Position numbers and translations under genes: made by a program
The notes under the pieces: generated by a model
What the model saw: the letters and a program-made list of their open reading frames with translations, nothing else
What the model was told of the DNA's origin: nothing
Database searches by the model: none
NCBI GenBank assembly: GCA_038850285.1
Contig: JAWCMA010000020.1
Location: 1 to 21,683 of the forward strand
Length of the DNA stretch: 21,683 nt
From: Methanocellales archaeon
GTDB taxonomy: Archaea > Halobacteriota > JAWCLZ01
Reading direction: 5' to 3'
Part shown: one piece after another, positions 1 through 7,746 of the stretch
Position numbering within the stretch: position 1 is the stretch's first letter
Layout: each line of letters begins with the position of its first letter

Positions 1-1181
1 AAAGCTCTGCCTAATCCGCAGTATACGATTTTATCTATTCCCAGTTCTCGCTGGAGAAATGCTATATCTTCGGAGTAAGAAGCACCTGCTTCTATGAAGT
101 CTTCATCCTTGTAACCCTGTGCTAGTTTAAAGGCTTGCTTCATCTTCTCGTGATAGTGTGTTTTGGTGTTGATAAGTAGAGGTGGATAGGCGTGGAAAAA
201 CTCCACATTGAACTTCGCCTTTAAATTGCTTTTTTCCCTAGCCTTTTCAACTACCTTTTTAATTTCAGCGATCACTTCTTCATAGCTCTCCTCATGCGTA
301 TACCTACGGTTTATTATCAAGCGGCATTTATCAGGCACAATATTGCTCTTAATACCCGAGCTGATCATACTCAAGTTAAACATCGGGGAGACAAACTTAG
401 GCGAGTTAGGATGCGGCTCTCGGGGAATCCTCGTTTCCCTCTTCTCCACTTCCCTCTTGAGCTTGAGAAGTTCATATAAAACTGGAATCATCTCCTCCAG
501 CGCATTGACTCCTAAGAAATTGCTCCCAGTGTGGCAACTCTTGCCAGTTGCAGTTATGGTTGCATCGATCGAACCAGCGGTGCAGAGTAAAATCTTAGGA
601 TCTTGAGTTCCCTCTAAGCAGAGCACGTGGGTTTCCTTCGGGATATATCCATTTCTCGCTAGATAAAGTAAACCAGGGTAGCCACCTATTTCCTCATCAG
701 TGCAGAGTACAACCAGTAAGTTAAAGGCTGGCTTGATCTCCAACTCGTGCATGATTTCTAGGGCAATCAGGAGGGAAGCAATGGATCCCTTCATATCACT
801 AGTTCCCCTTCCATAGACTCTACCATTTGCAATCTCCCCGTGGGGATTGAAAGTCCAGTTTTCTCCAGGTGGTACAACGTCTAAATGAGCATATATGGTT
901 AGATTCTCCTTGCTTTTATCTTGCTTTTTCCAAGCAACTAGATTAACCCTCCTTCCCTTTGTTCTATATGGAATTTCCTTCAAGCAGCTCCTAGGCACAG
1001 TAATTCTTTTAGTTTCAAAGCCAAGTGCCTTAAATTTTGGCTCTAAAAAATTAACTATTTTAGCATAGTTCTTCCCAGGTGGATTGCTGGTATCTATGGC
1101 TAGAAGCTGCATGAGGATAGCAATTGCTTTTCCTATGCGCTCATCTGCAAATTTGAATCCAATGCTAAGCTGCTTTTCCAC
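1..1181 (-). CDS. M20/ArgE/DapE-family zinc metallohydrolase (3' end beyond the window edge)
   Basis: Not in the ORF track because it is open at the edge. Manual translation from GTG at 1181 (overlapping the tyrA stop) gives MEKQLSIG...IDTSNPPG...YAHLDVVPPG...GRVYGRGTSDMKG...CTDEEIGG...GKSCH...NALEEM...SNIVPD, with no stop down to base 1. These are the M20 metal-binding motifs. Confidence 0.9.
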   Translation of the reverse strand, partial: MEKQLSIGFKFADERIGKAIAILMQLLAIDTSNPPGKNYAKIVNFLEPKFKALGFETKRITVPRSCLKEIPYRTKGRRVNLVAWKKQDKSKENLTIYAHLDVVPPGENWTFNPHGEIANGRVYGRGTSDMKGSIASLLIALEIMHELEIKPAFNLLVVLCTDEEIGGYPGLLYLARNGYIPKETHVLCLEGTQDPKILLCTAGSIDATITATGKSCHTGSNFLGVNALEEMIPVLYELLKLKREVEKRETRIPREPHPNSPKFVSPMFNLSMISSGIKSNIVPDKCRLIINRRYTHEESYEEVIAEIKKVVEKAREKSNLKAKFNVEFFHAYPPLLINTKTHYHEKMKQAFKLAQGYKDEDFIEAGASYSEDIAFLQRELGIDKIVYCGLGRA

Positions 1182-2505
1182 CTCTAATTTTACCCCCCAA
1201 TCCGCGGAGCAGTTGCTCTATTTTAGCTTGCACTTCCTCGGGTTTTTCATCTCCCATTATCATCAAGCTATAGGTAACGCTGTATTTATCCTCCCCAAAT
1301 CCTCTATAGATATCCACTATCTCAGTGGAAACAATTTCTTCTTCCCTAGCAATTATATTCTTTATCAAAATGGGGTCTACCTCTTTATTGAAAATGATTG
1401 AAATATGGCGAGAGTGATGCTTTAAATTTGCCATCTTCCACTGCCTAAGCTCCTCCTGGCTTAGCATGCGCACGTTCTCGATCTTCAGATTCTCTAGTCT
1501 CTTGCCTTTCTCAAGCACTATATCCCTCTGAGTTATTTTTTTAACCACTCCATAGTGAACTACATCTGAATAGATATGCTTGAAAGCGCGTTTCTCCCCA
1601 ATTGCTTGCAATAATTCACGGCGCTCTTTGATTTTGGAGTTAATTAGCTTATCTGTTTTTCGAAGAGCAGCCTCGGTCTCGCCATAGTGCTCTCTAGCCG
1701 CGCGCATTTTTTTAACAAAGCCATTGATATTCTTTTGCTTCACTAATTCAATTAACTCTTGGCATTCCTGTATGTATTTAGAATGGACTTCCTCCATATC
1801 GAAGTTGGTTTGAATTTCAGCATAGAGATAGGGATTTTGAGCGAGAATTCGACCTATAAAAGCCACCATTATTTCATACACTGGGCTCATTAGTTTTTGA
1901 GATTTAGCTACATCGAAGTTCAAAGCCTGCATTGTAACGCCTGCGGAGATATAGCTGAAGTGAGTTAAACCTTGAATCACGCGCATCATTCGATCGTGTT
2001 CCTCGCTGCTTAATTCCTCAACGTGAGCTCCATTTTCCTCGAAAAAACCCCTAAGCTTGGGAAGCCAGTATTTGCCCTTCACTGGCACAAATATTATCAC
2101 TTGTCCCTCAACGCCCTTCACCGTTGGGCCGAAGAGGGGATGAGTTCCTATTGCTTCCACACCATTTTTTATATAGCGCCTCATAGCCTCGACAGGTGCT
2201 TTTTTCACAGTGGTGATATCCATTAAAAGCGATCCCTCTTTTAGATGAGGCGCCACTTGCTTTATAACTTCAACTGCCGAGGATATTGGAACTGAGATTA
2301 AAATCACTTCATATTCCCTTGCTTTTTCAACCTCGGCTACATATTCAGCTCCTAGCTGCTCTGCAATTACTGAAGTGCGCTCATCTATATCGTAAATCCC
2401 CACTTTGATTCCATTTTTTAGAAAAAAACTCGTGAACCACCGTCCCATTGCACCGGCTCCTCCAACTATTAAAATATTTCTGCAGAGCATTTTTTTATTC
2501 ACCAT
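1165..2505 (-). CDS. tyrA: Prephenate dehydrogenase with long C-terminal extension
   Basis: Rossmann motif IVGGAGAMG, plus DITTVK, GTHPLFGP and EHDRMMRVIQGLTHF. It is the last aro gene of the operon. An alternative start is ATG 2490, with GGTGA at 2499-2503. Confidence 0.93.
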   Translation of the reverse strand: MVNKKMLCRNILIVGGAGAMGRWFTSFFLKNGIKVGIYDIDERTSVIAEQLGAEYVAEVEKAREYEVILISVPISSAVEVIKQVAPHLKEGSLLMDITTVKKAPVEAMRRYIKNGVEAIGTHPLFGPTVKGVEGQVIIFVPVKGKYWLPKLRGFFEENGAHVEELSSEEHDRMMRVIQGLTHFSYISAGVTMQALNFDVAKSQKLMSPVYEIMVAFIGRILAQNPYLYAEIQTNFDMEEVHSKYIQECQELIELVKQKNINGFVKKMRAAREHYGETEAALRKTDKLINSKIKERRELLQAIGEKRAFKHIYSDVVHYGVVKKITQRDIVLEKGKRLENLKIENVRMLSQEELRQWKMANLKHHSRHISIIFNKEVDPILIKNIIAREEEIVSTEIVDIYRGFGEDKYSVTYSLMIMGDEKPEEVQAKIEQLLRGLGGKIRGGKAA

Positions 2506-3317
2506 TTAAGTGCTTGCTTCACAGCTCTCTCCATCGCTTCCAGGGGTGGTTCTTTCTTCAGCCAGATTTTAAAAGCTTCTGCCCCTTGGAAAACCAGCAT
2601 ATCTATTCCAGGTATAATCTTTGCACCTGCTTTCCTAGCTTCTTTTAAAAGCTTGGTTTCCAGTGGATTGTAAACTATGTCGAAAACCACAAGTTGAGGA
2701 TGCATGAGTTCACTTGTAACTAGAGTTTCATCCACATTGGGATACATTCCAACTGAAGTGGTATTAATCAATACCTCCATTTTGGATATTATTGACTTTA
2801 AATTTTCAAGTCCAGTGCCCAATGCAATGCCCACCTTTCTCACTTCATCTGCTAGAGCAATTGCTCTGTTTTCAGTGCGATTTGCAATTACCAGTGCAGC
2901 TTTTCTCATCGCCAGTTCAAAGGCAATTGCCCGAGCAGCGCCACCTGCACCTAGAATTAAAATGCGCTTATCTTCTACTTCTACGCCGTGTTTTTCTAGA
3001 GCTTTTATGGCACCTATGCCATCGGTGTTATAGCCTTTGAATTCCTTTAGATCTAGAGTGTTAACCGCGCCTATTAAACGTGCAGTTTGATCCAACTCGA
3101 CAATTTTCGCTGTCCTCTCTTTCAATGGAATGGTTACATTCAGCCCTCCGAATCCAAGTGCCCTAGCTCCATGCAGTGCTTCTGCTAATTTATCTGGCTC
3201 AACTTTAAATGCATAGTATCTGCAGTCCAACTTCAATTCTTCGAAGGCAGCGTTGAACATAACTGGAGATAGACTATGCTCAATTGGATAGCCTATTACC
3301 CCGAAGATTTTCACCAT
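2499..3317 (-). CDS. aroE: Shikimate dehydrogenase
   Basis: Motifs GYPIEHSLSP, GLNVTIPLK, GAVNT, GYNTDGIG, GAGGAARA, INTTSVGM, DIVYNP and GIDMLVFQG. Start placed at ATG 3317 (MVKIFGVIG), overlapping the aroD stop, rather than the track's 3347. Confidence 0.95.
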   Translation of the reverse strand: MVKIFGVIGYPIEHSLSPVMFNAAFEELKLDCRYYAFKVEPDKLAEALHGARALGFGGLNVTIPLKERTAKIVELDQTARLIGAVNTLDLKEFKGYNTDGIGAIKALEKHGVEVEDKRILILGAGGAARAIAFELAMRKAALVIANRTENRAIALADEVRKVGIALGTGLENLKSIISKMEVLINTTSVGMYPNVDETLVTSELMHPQLVVFDIVYNPLETKLLKEARKAGAKIIPGIDMLVFQGAEAFKIWLKKEPPLEAMERAVKQALKW

Positions 3318-3958
3318 AGCAATTTCCTCAGCTCCTTTAATTCCCAAACAGTTAGCTGCCCAGGTGCAGTTTTTTCATCGATTGAGCCATATACCAAGAG
3401 GGATCCATATATGGGTGCTATTGCTCTGAAATGCCTTCCTAAGCTTCCCATTGCAATTATACAGATTGGCTTGCCCTTGAATTCCAAACTCAATTTTTGC
3501 ATTCGAATTACATCTTCATAGCTTTTCGCCATAACTGCAACTTTCGCTATATTGCCAACTGAAAGGGCTTTTTTCAATATTTTCCTCAGCTTTGAATTTG
3601 AAGGCGTTTCATAAAAATTGTGATAAGAAACTATTGCTGCGAGCTCTCTCTCCCTAGCCTCCTTTAATATTAAATCACGCAGCCTACTCTTAAGTTCGAT
3701 ATCAACTGCATTAGCTAAATCGAGGATTGATAGTAATATTTTAATCCGCTCTTCCTCGCTGCCTTCAAAGCCCCCTCCTTCTTCCTTGGGTCTATTTGTG
3801 GCTATTATTGGCAGAGTGCTTTTAATCTCTGCTTTCTCTATTTTTTTAAAGAGATCGAGTCTAGCTTCAATTATATCTGCTCCGCTTTGCTCAGCTTTCT
3901 TAATTTGATCTGCACTTGTGATTGAAGCAACAATTTTTGGCTCTGTAATTTGAAGCAT
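3311..3958 (-). CDS. aroD: Type I 3-dehydroquinate dehydratase
   Basis: Motifs ADIIEARLD, EGGGF, VDIEL, SYHNF, KVAVM (Schiff-base Lys), IAMGSLGR and TAPGQL. Confidence 0.95.
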   Translation of the reverse strand: MLQITEPKIVASITSADQIKKAEQSGADIIEARLDLFKKIEKAEIKSTLPIIATNRPKEEGGGFEGSEEERIKILLSILDLANAVDIELKSRLRDLILKEARERELAAIVSYHNFYETPSNSKLRKILKKALSVGNIAKVAVMAKSYEDVIRMQKLSLEFKGKPICIIAMGSLGRHFRAIAPIYGSLLVYGSIDEKTAPGQLTVWELKELRKLLW

Positions 3959-3979
3959 GTTTTTAATTTTATTTATTTA

Positions 3980-3987
3980 TATTTATA
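3980..3987 (-). promoter_or_regulatory. Putative internal TATA box (TATAAATA) upstream of aroD
   Basis: The 31-nt aroB'-aroD spacer is almost pure A/T and has no SD motif. TATAAATA lies 22-29 nt upstream of the aroD ATG. Confidence 0.35.
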
Positions 3988-3989
3988 TT

Positions 3990-5096
3990 TTATTTTTCAA
4001 TTATGGTTTCCTCTATTTTTACTCCAAAATGCCTCCCCTTAGCTTCCTCTCTGCAGATGAGCACTTCATCGCCTATATTCAATGCTGCAACTGAAACAGC
4101 CTTGCCATTGCTTTGCACGAGCTTAATGGTCTCTGCATTCTGAAGAATTGTTTTATAGCGCTCGCCCTCAACTTCGGCTTCAATTAATATTAGGGGTCTT
4201 CTTTCAATCTTCGTTCTCCCTATGATTACTTTTCTGGTCTCCCCTTTGTAGTTAACCGCAAGCACTTCATCTCCAGCTTCTAGTTCTGAGAGATACTTTG
4301 TTTTCTCCCCAACTTTGACATAAGCGTGTACTGGACCGGCGTTAACTCTAAAGGGTCTAGCTGCTACATATGGACTTTCCTCCACCTCGCCTTGGACTAA
4401 GAATAAACCTGAGGATTGAGAGCCAATTAGCATTCCCTCTCCTCTGCTTAAAAGCGAGCAAGTGTCCACGCAAACGCGGTCGCCCATTCCAACTTGCTTT
4501 ATCCTAGTTACCTTTGCAGGTACTAGGGGAATTTTTAAGCTCGTTTGTTCTTGAATTATCTTAGCTGCTTTTTTGATATCCTCTAACTTCTCTGGAGCGA
4601 GCAGTATGCCATCTGCGCCGTGTTCGAGAACTTCGAGCATGAGTCTAGCTTCTTCTATATCTGCTATGCTAGCTATAATCTCCACTTTTTTATCGTGAAG
4701 TTCAGCTATCAAGTTCTCAAGCGGGATTACCTTCCAGTCTTGAGCCGAGATAATTAGGAAATCAAGTTTCCTAGCAATTTCACTTGCAAATTGCTCTTTC
4801 TGCTTTGAGGTAATTTCTATGTAGCAAGCGGTTTTCTTTCCCTGGGATTTTAGCTTCTGAAGCAAGCTTTGGATTTGACTTTCATCTTGATTTTTTATCA
4901 CAAGGATATCTGCATTGCTCTCTCCTTGTTCATAGATGGCTGCGATTTTAATATTGCCTAGCTCGCGGGCTTTTGCTACTGCGCTTTCATTTATTAATAT
5001 ATAATCAGCGCCGGATTCCAAGCTTGTGGTTATCACTGGCTTCAGCTCCCGCCAGTTCTCTCCGAGAGCGCTTATCCAGAGGCTTTTTCCTTTCAT
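3990..5096 (-). CDS. aroB': 3-dehydroquinate synthase II (archaeal, NAD-dependent, acts on ADH)
   Basis: Motifs [62 protein letters not shown] and GRHFG. Overlaps aroA' by ATGA. Confidence 0.96.
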   Translation of the reverse strand: MKGKSLWISALGENWRELKPVITTSLESGADYILINESAVAKARELGNIKIAAIYEQGESNADILVIKNQDESQIQSLLQKLKSQGKKTACYIEITSKQKEQFASEIARKLDFLIISAQDWKVIPLENLIAELHDKKVEIIASIADIEEARLMLEVLEHGADGILLAPEKLEDIKKAAKIIQEQTSLKIPLVPAKVTRIKQVGMGDRVCVDTCSLLSRGEGMLIGSQSSGLFLVQGEVEESPYVAARPFRVNAGPVHAYVKVGEKTKYLSELEAGDEVLAVNYKGETRKVIIGRTKIERRPLILIEAEVEGERYKTILQNAETIKLVQSNGKAVSVAALNIGDEVLICREEAKGRHFGVKIEETIIEK

Positions 5097-5890
5097 TTCA
5101 GTTCCTCTAGGGCTTCTTTAACTGAAGCACCACTATGCACTATCTTGGATATAGCTCTAGTGATCTTAGTGGGATTTTCATGCTGAAAGATGTTTCTTCC
5201 AATTGCCACGCCTTTTGCCCCAGCTTGCATTGCATCGCTTACCATTTGCAGTAATTCCAAGTCAGTGTTAACTTTAGGCCCCCCGGCGATGACAACTGGC
5301 ACTGGACAGCCTCTTACCACTTCTTTAAAGCTATCTATATCCCCAGTGTAATTGGTCTTCACTATATCCGCGCCTAACTCAGCACCTGCTCTTGCCACGT
5401 GTGCCACTATGCTCGGGTCATTTGGATTTTTAATATCTTTACCCCTTGGATACATCATTGCTAGCAATGGCATGCCCCAGTAGGTGCAGCGCTCTGATAC
5501 TGCGCCAAATTTCTCAAGCTGCACAGCCTCTGTTTCTGAGCCCACGTTTACATGTATGCTAACTGCATCTGCTCCCATTTTCAATGCTTCTTCAACGGTG
5601 CAAACTAGCACTTTATCATTGGGATCTGGGGCTAGGGAGGTTGAGGCGCTTAAGTGTACTATCAAGCCTATATCTCTTCCATAGCCTCTGTGACCATGAG
5701 TTATCATTCCCTTTTGCTGCAGCACTGCATTTGCTCCACCTTCAGCCACTTTATTCACCATATCTGGAAGGTCAACGAGGCCTTTAACTGGGCCGATTGA
5801 GATTCCATGGTCAAGTGGCACGATTAAAGTTTTCTTGGTTCTTCTATCGATTATTCTCTCCATTCTGATATTTTTCCCAATCTCCGTCAT
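5093..5890 (-). CDS. aroA': 2-amino-3,7-dideoxy-D-threo-hept-6-ulosonate (ADH) synthase, class I aldolase (DhnA/FbaB family)
   Basis: Motifs [43 protein letters not shown] and GRNIFQH. Directly upstream of DHQ synthase II, with SD GGTGA at 5897-5901. Confidence 0.93.
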   Translation of the reverse strand: MTEIGKNIRMERIIDRRTKKTLIVPLDHGISIGPVKGLVDLPDMVNKVAEGGANAVLQQKGMITHGHRGYGRDIGLIVHLSASTSLAPDPNDKVLVCTVEEALKMGADAVSIHVNVGSETEAVQLEKFGAVSERCTYWGMPLLAMMYPRGKDIKNPNDPSIVAHVARAGAELGADIVKTNYTGDIDSFKEVVRGCPVPVVIAGGPKVNTDLELLQMVSDAMQAGAKGVAIGRNIFQHENPTKITRAISKIVHSGASVKEALEELK

Positions 5891-5901
5891 CTTTTTTCAC
5901 C

Positions 5902-5926
5902 TTGCTAATATGTGACATAGTAGCAA
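5902..5926. promoter_or_regulatory. 25-bp near-perfect palindrome, candidate operator of the aro operon
   Basis: TTGCTAATATGT-G-ACATAGTAGCAA has 11 of 12 arm positions complementary. It lies between the aro TATA box and the aroA' SD motif. Confidence 0.55.
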
Positions 5927-5933
5927 ACTCTTC

Positions 5934-5947
5934 TATTTAAGACTTTT
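5934..5947 (-). promoter_or_regulatory. Putative BRE-TATA promoter of the aro operon
   Basis: The minus strand reads AAAAGT-CTTAAATA about 45 nt upstream of the aroA' ATG. Confidence 0.5.
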
Positions 5948-5967
5948 GTTTTTCAGAAATAGGAAAA

Positions 5968-5986
5968 GGAAAAAGTTTTATCTAAA
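5968..5986 (+). promoter_or_regulatory. Putative BRE-TATA promoter of the glycosyltransferase pair (probably leaderless)
   Basis: GGAAAAAG-TTTTATCTAAA, with the TATA-like element about 20-26 nt upstream of ATG 6002 and no SD motif. Confidence 0.4.
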
Positions 5987-6001
5987 TATTCTCACTTCAA
6001 T

Positions 6002-6712
6002 ATGGAAATGATTTCGATAATTATTCCTACTTTAAATGAAGCCAAATATCTTGAGCGAGGTCTTAAATCGATAAAGAATCAAACCTCTCAAGCTTTTGAG
6101 ATAATCATAGTAGATGGAGGAAGCATCGATAATACCCTTGAAATTGCAAAACGCTATACAGATTTAATAGTGGTGAAAAAATCAAATATTGCACAAGCTA
6201 GAAATGCTGGAGCTAAACTTGCAAAGGGCGAAGTCCTAATTTTCCTCGATGCAGACTCTGCAATTGCACCCAATTTCATATCCAAATGCAGTGAAATTTT
6301 AAATAGTAAAAAAATAGCCGCGGTATATGGAAAAATGGAGCCATTTGAAGAGGAAAGAGCATTAAAATTTCGACTTCTAGCAGCCATCGGCTACTCTTTA
6401 TTGCCAAAGCTCAGCTTGCTATTTAGGGATCCAATTTTCCCAGGCGCTTGCATAGTGGTGAGAAAAAGCGACTTTGAAGCTATAAATGGATTTCGAGAAG
6501 ACCTAGATACCATAGAGGATATAGATCTCTACCGCCGCTTGTTCAAGCGCGGCATTACTCAATCCGACGAATTAATTTTCAGCACATCTCTGCGCAGGTT
6601 TAACGCAAGTGGAATGTATCGCTGGCTTTTTAAATGGATAACTAACTATTTTTATTATCTGCGAACAGGGAAAACGAGTTTGAAGAAAGAAGACTATGAA
6701 ATTATACGCTGA
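6002..6712 (+). CDS. Glycosyltransferase family 2
   Basis: Motifs ISIIIPTLNE, IIVDGGSID, ARNAGA, FLDAD, FEAINGF, EDIDL and STSLRRF. Confidence 0.92.
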   Translation: MEMISIIIPTLNEAKYLERGLKSIKNQTSQAFEIIIVDGGSIDNTLEIAKRYTDLIVVKKSNIAQARNAGAKLAKGEVLIFLDADSAIAPNFISKCSEILNSKKIAAVYGKMEPFEEERALKFRLLAAIGYSLLPKLSLLFRDPIFPGACIVVRKSDFEAINGFREDLDTIEDIDLYRRLFKRGITQSDELIFSTSLRRFNASGMYRWLFKWITNYFYYLRTGKTSLKKEDYEIIR

Positions 6713-6717
6713 GGAAC

Positions 6718-7704
6718 ATGAGGACTGCAATTTTAATACCAGTCGCCCCTGAAGAACCTCTTGTGGTTGTGGAAAAGTCTTGGGAGTGCATTCAAAAGTT
6801 AGAGAAAAATGAGCTAGAAGTGGATGTAATATATATAGTTGATAAAAATGGAAATATAGATGAGAGAGAAGAATACCTAAAGGGGAAAAAAGCCACAGTT
6901 CTCGCAAGAATCAATGGAAGGGGGAGAAAAGCCGGGGCACTCAATTATGCATTGAAAAATCTCAAGGATAACTATGACTACATCGCAATCTTAGATGTTG
7001 ATTCTCGTCCTGAGCCAAATTTTTTACTGGAATGCATAGCTCTGCTGGAGAAAGACACTAAATATGCAATTGCGAGCTCCCCTAGATATATCACCAATCA
7101 CAGCTATAGCCTAGCTACTAAAATTGTAGCAGTGGAATATAGACTAATAGCAGACCTATATCGATTGCTCAACTGGAGCAATGGCTTTTTACTATTCAAT
7201 GGCTTAATAGGCGTGCTCGATGGTAAAATCCTAATGACCCATCACTTGCGAGAAGATGTTAAATGCGAGGATACTGAATTTACCGAGCGAATCTATTTAA
7301 TGGATAGAAGAGCAGCACTAGCTAAAAAAACTAGAGTTGGCGAGCAAGCTGGAATCACCTGGCTTGAGCTATATCGCCAGAGAGTGCGCTGGTATACAGG
7401 TGCATATGAAGGCCTCAAGCTATATTTCAAGCCATTCTTAAGATCCAAACTGCCTAGAATGATAAAATTTTCCTGGCTCGCATGCATGACACTTCCTTTC
7501 ATAATCGTGGTATTCATGCCTCTCCTCCCGCTTTATTCCAAAAAAATCTATGAACTTTCATCAAATACTCCAGACTTCTTGGCTAGACTAACAGGCATCT
7601 TTTTCTACCTATTCCTCCTGCAGTTCTGCGGGATCACCGTAATAATAAGAAAAATATTAAAAAGCGACGTTGCCTGGACTGCGTTGAAGAGATCAGATGC
7701 TTAG
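6718..7704 (+). CDS. Glycosyltransferase family 2, cellulose-synthase-like membrane type
   Basis: KAGALN, LDVD (DxD), CEDT and RQRVRW (QxxRW) signatures, with C-terminal hydrophobic segments. Confidence 0.88.
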   Translation: MRTAILIPVAPEEPLVVVEKSWECIQKLEKNELEVDVIYIVDKNGNIDEREEYLKGKKATVLARINGRGRKAGALNYALKNLKDNYDYIAILDVDSRPEPNFLLECIALLEKDTKYAIASSPRYITNHSYSLATKIVAVEYRLIADLYRLLNWSNGFLLFNGLIGVLDGKILMTHHLREDVKCEDTEFTERIYLMDRRAALAKKTRVGEQAGITWLELYRQRVRWYTGAYEGLKLYFKPFLRSKLPRMIKFSWLACMTLPFIIVVFMPLLPLYSKKIYELSSNTPDFLARLTGIFFYLFLLQFCGITVIIRKILKSDVAWTALKRSDA

Positions 7705-7746
7705 GTAAATCTAAAAAACAAAAATTTAAAAACTAAAATTCAAATT
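7705..7746 (-). terminator. Oligo-T tract terminator region after the hdr operon
   Basis: The minus strand after the stop at 7747 reads AATTTGAATTTTAGTTTTTAAATTTTTGTTTTTTAG, between convergent genes. Confidence 0.5.

Noticed and set aside
294-1401. Short plus-strand ORFs here and throughout the aro and hdr operons
   Set aside because: They are antisense shadows of well-supported minus-strand genes and have no motifs.
2499-3317. Identical ATGGTGA stop/start overlap at both the aroD-aroE and aroE-tyrA junctions
   Set aside because: Explained by ordinary translational coupling and the GGTGA SD motif, so it is not a distinct element.
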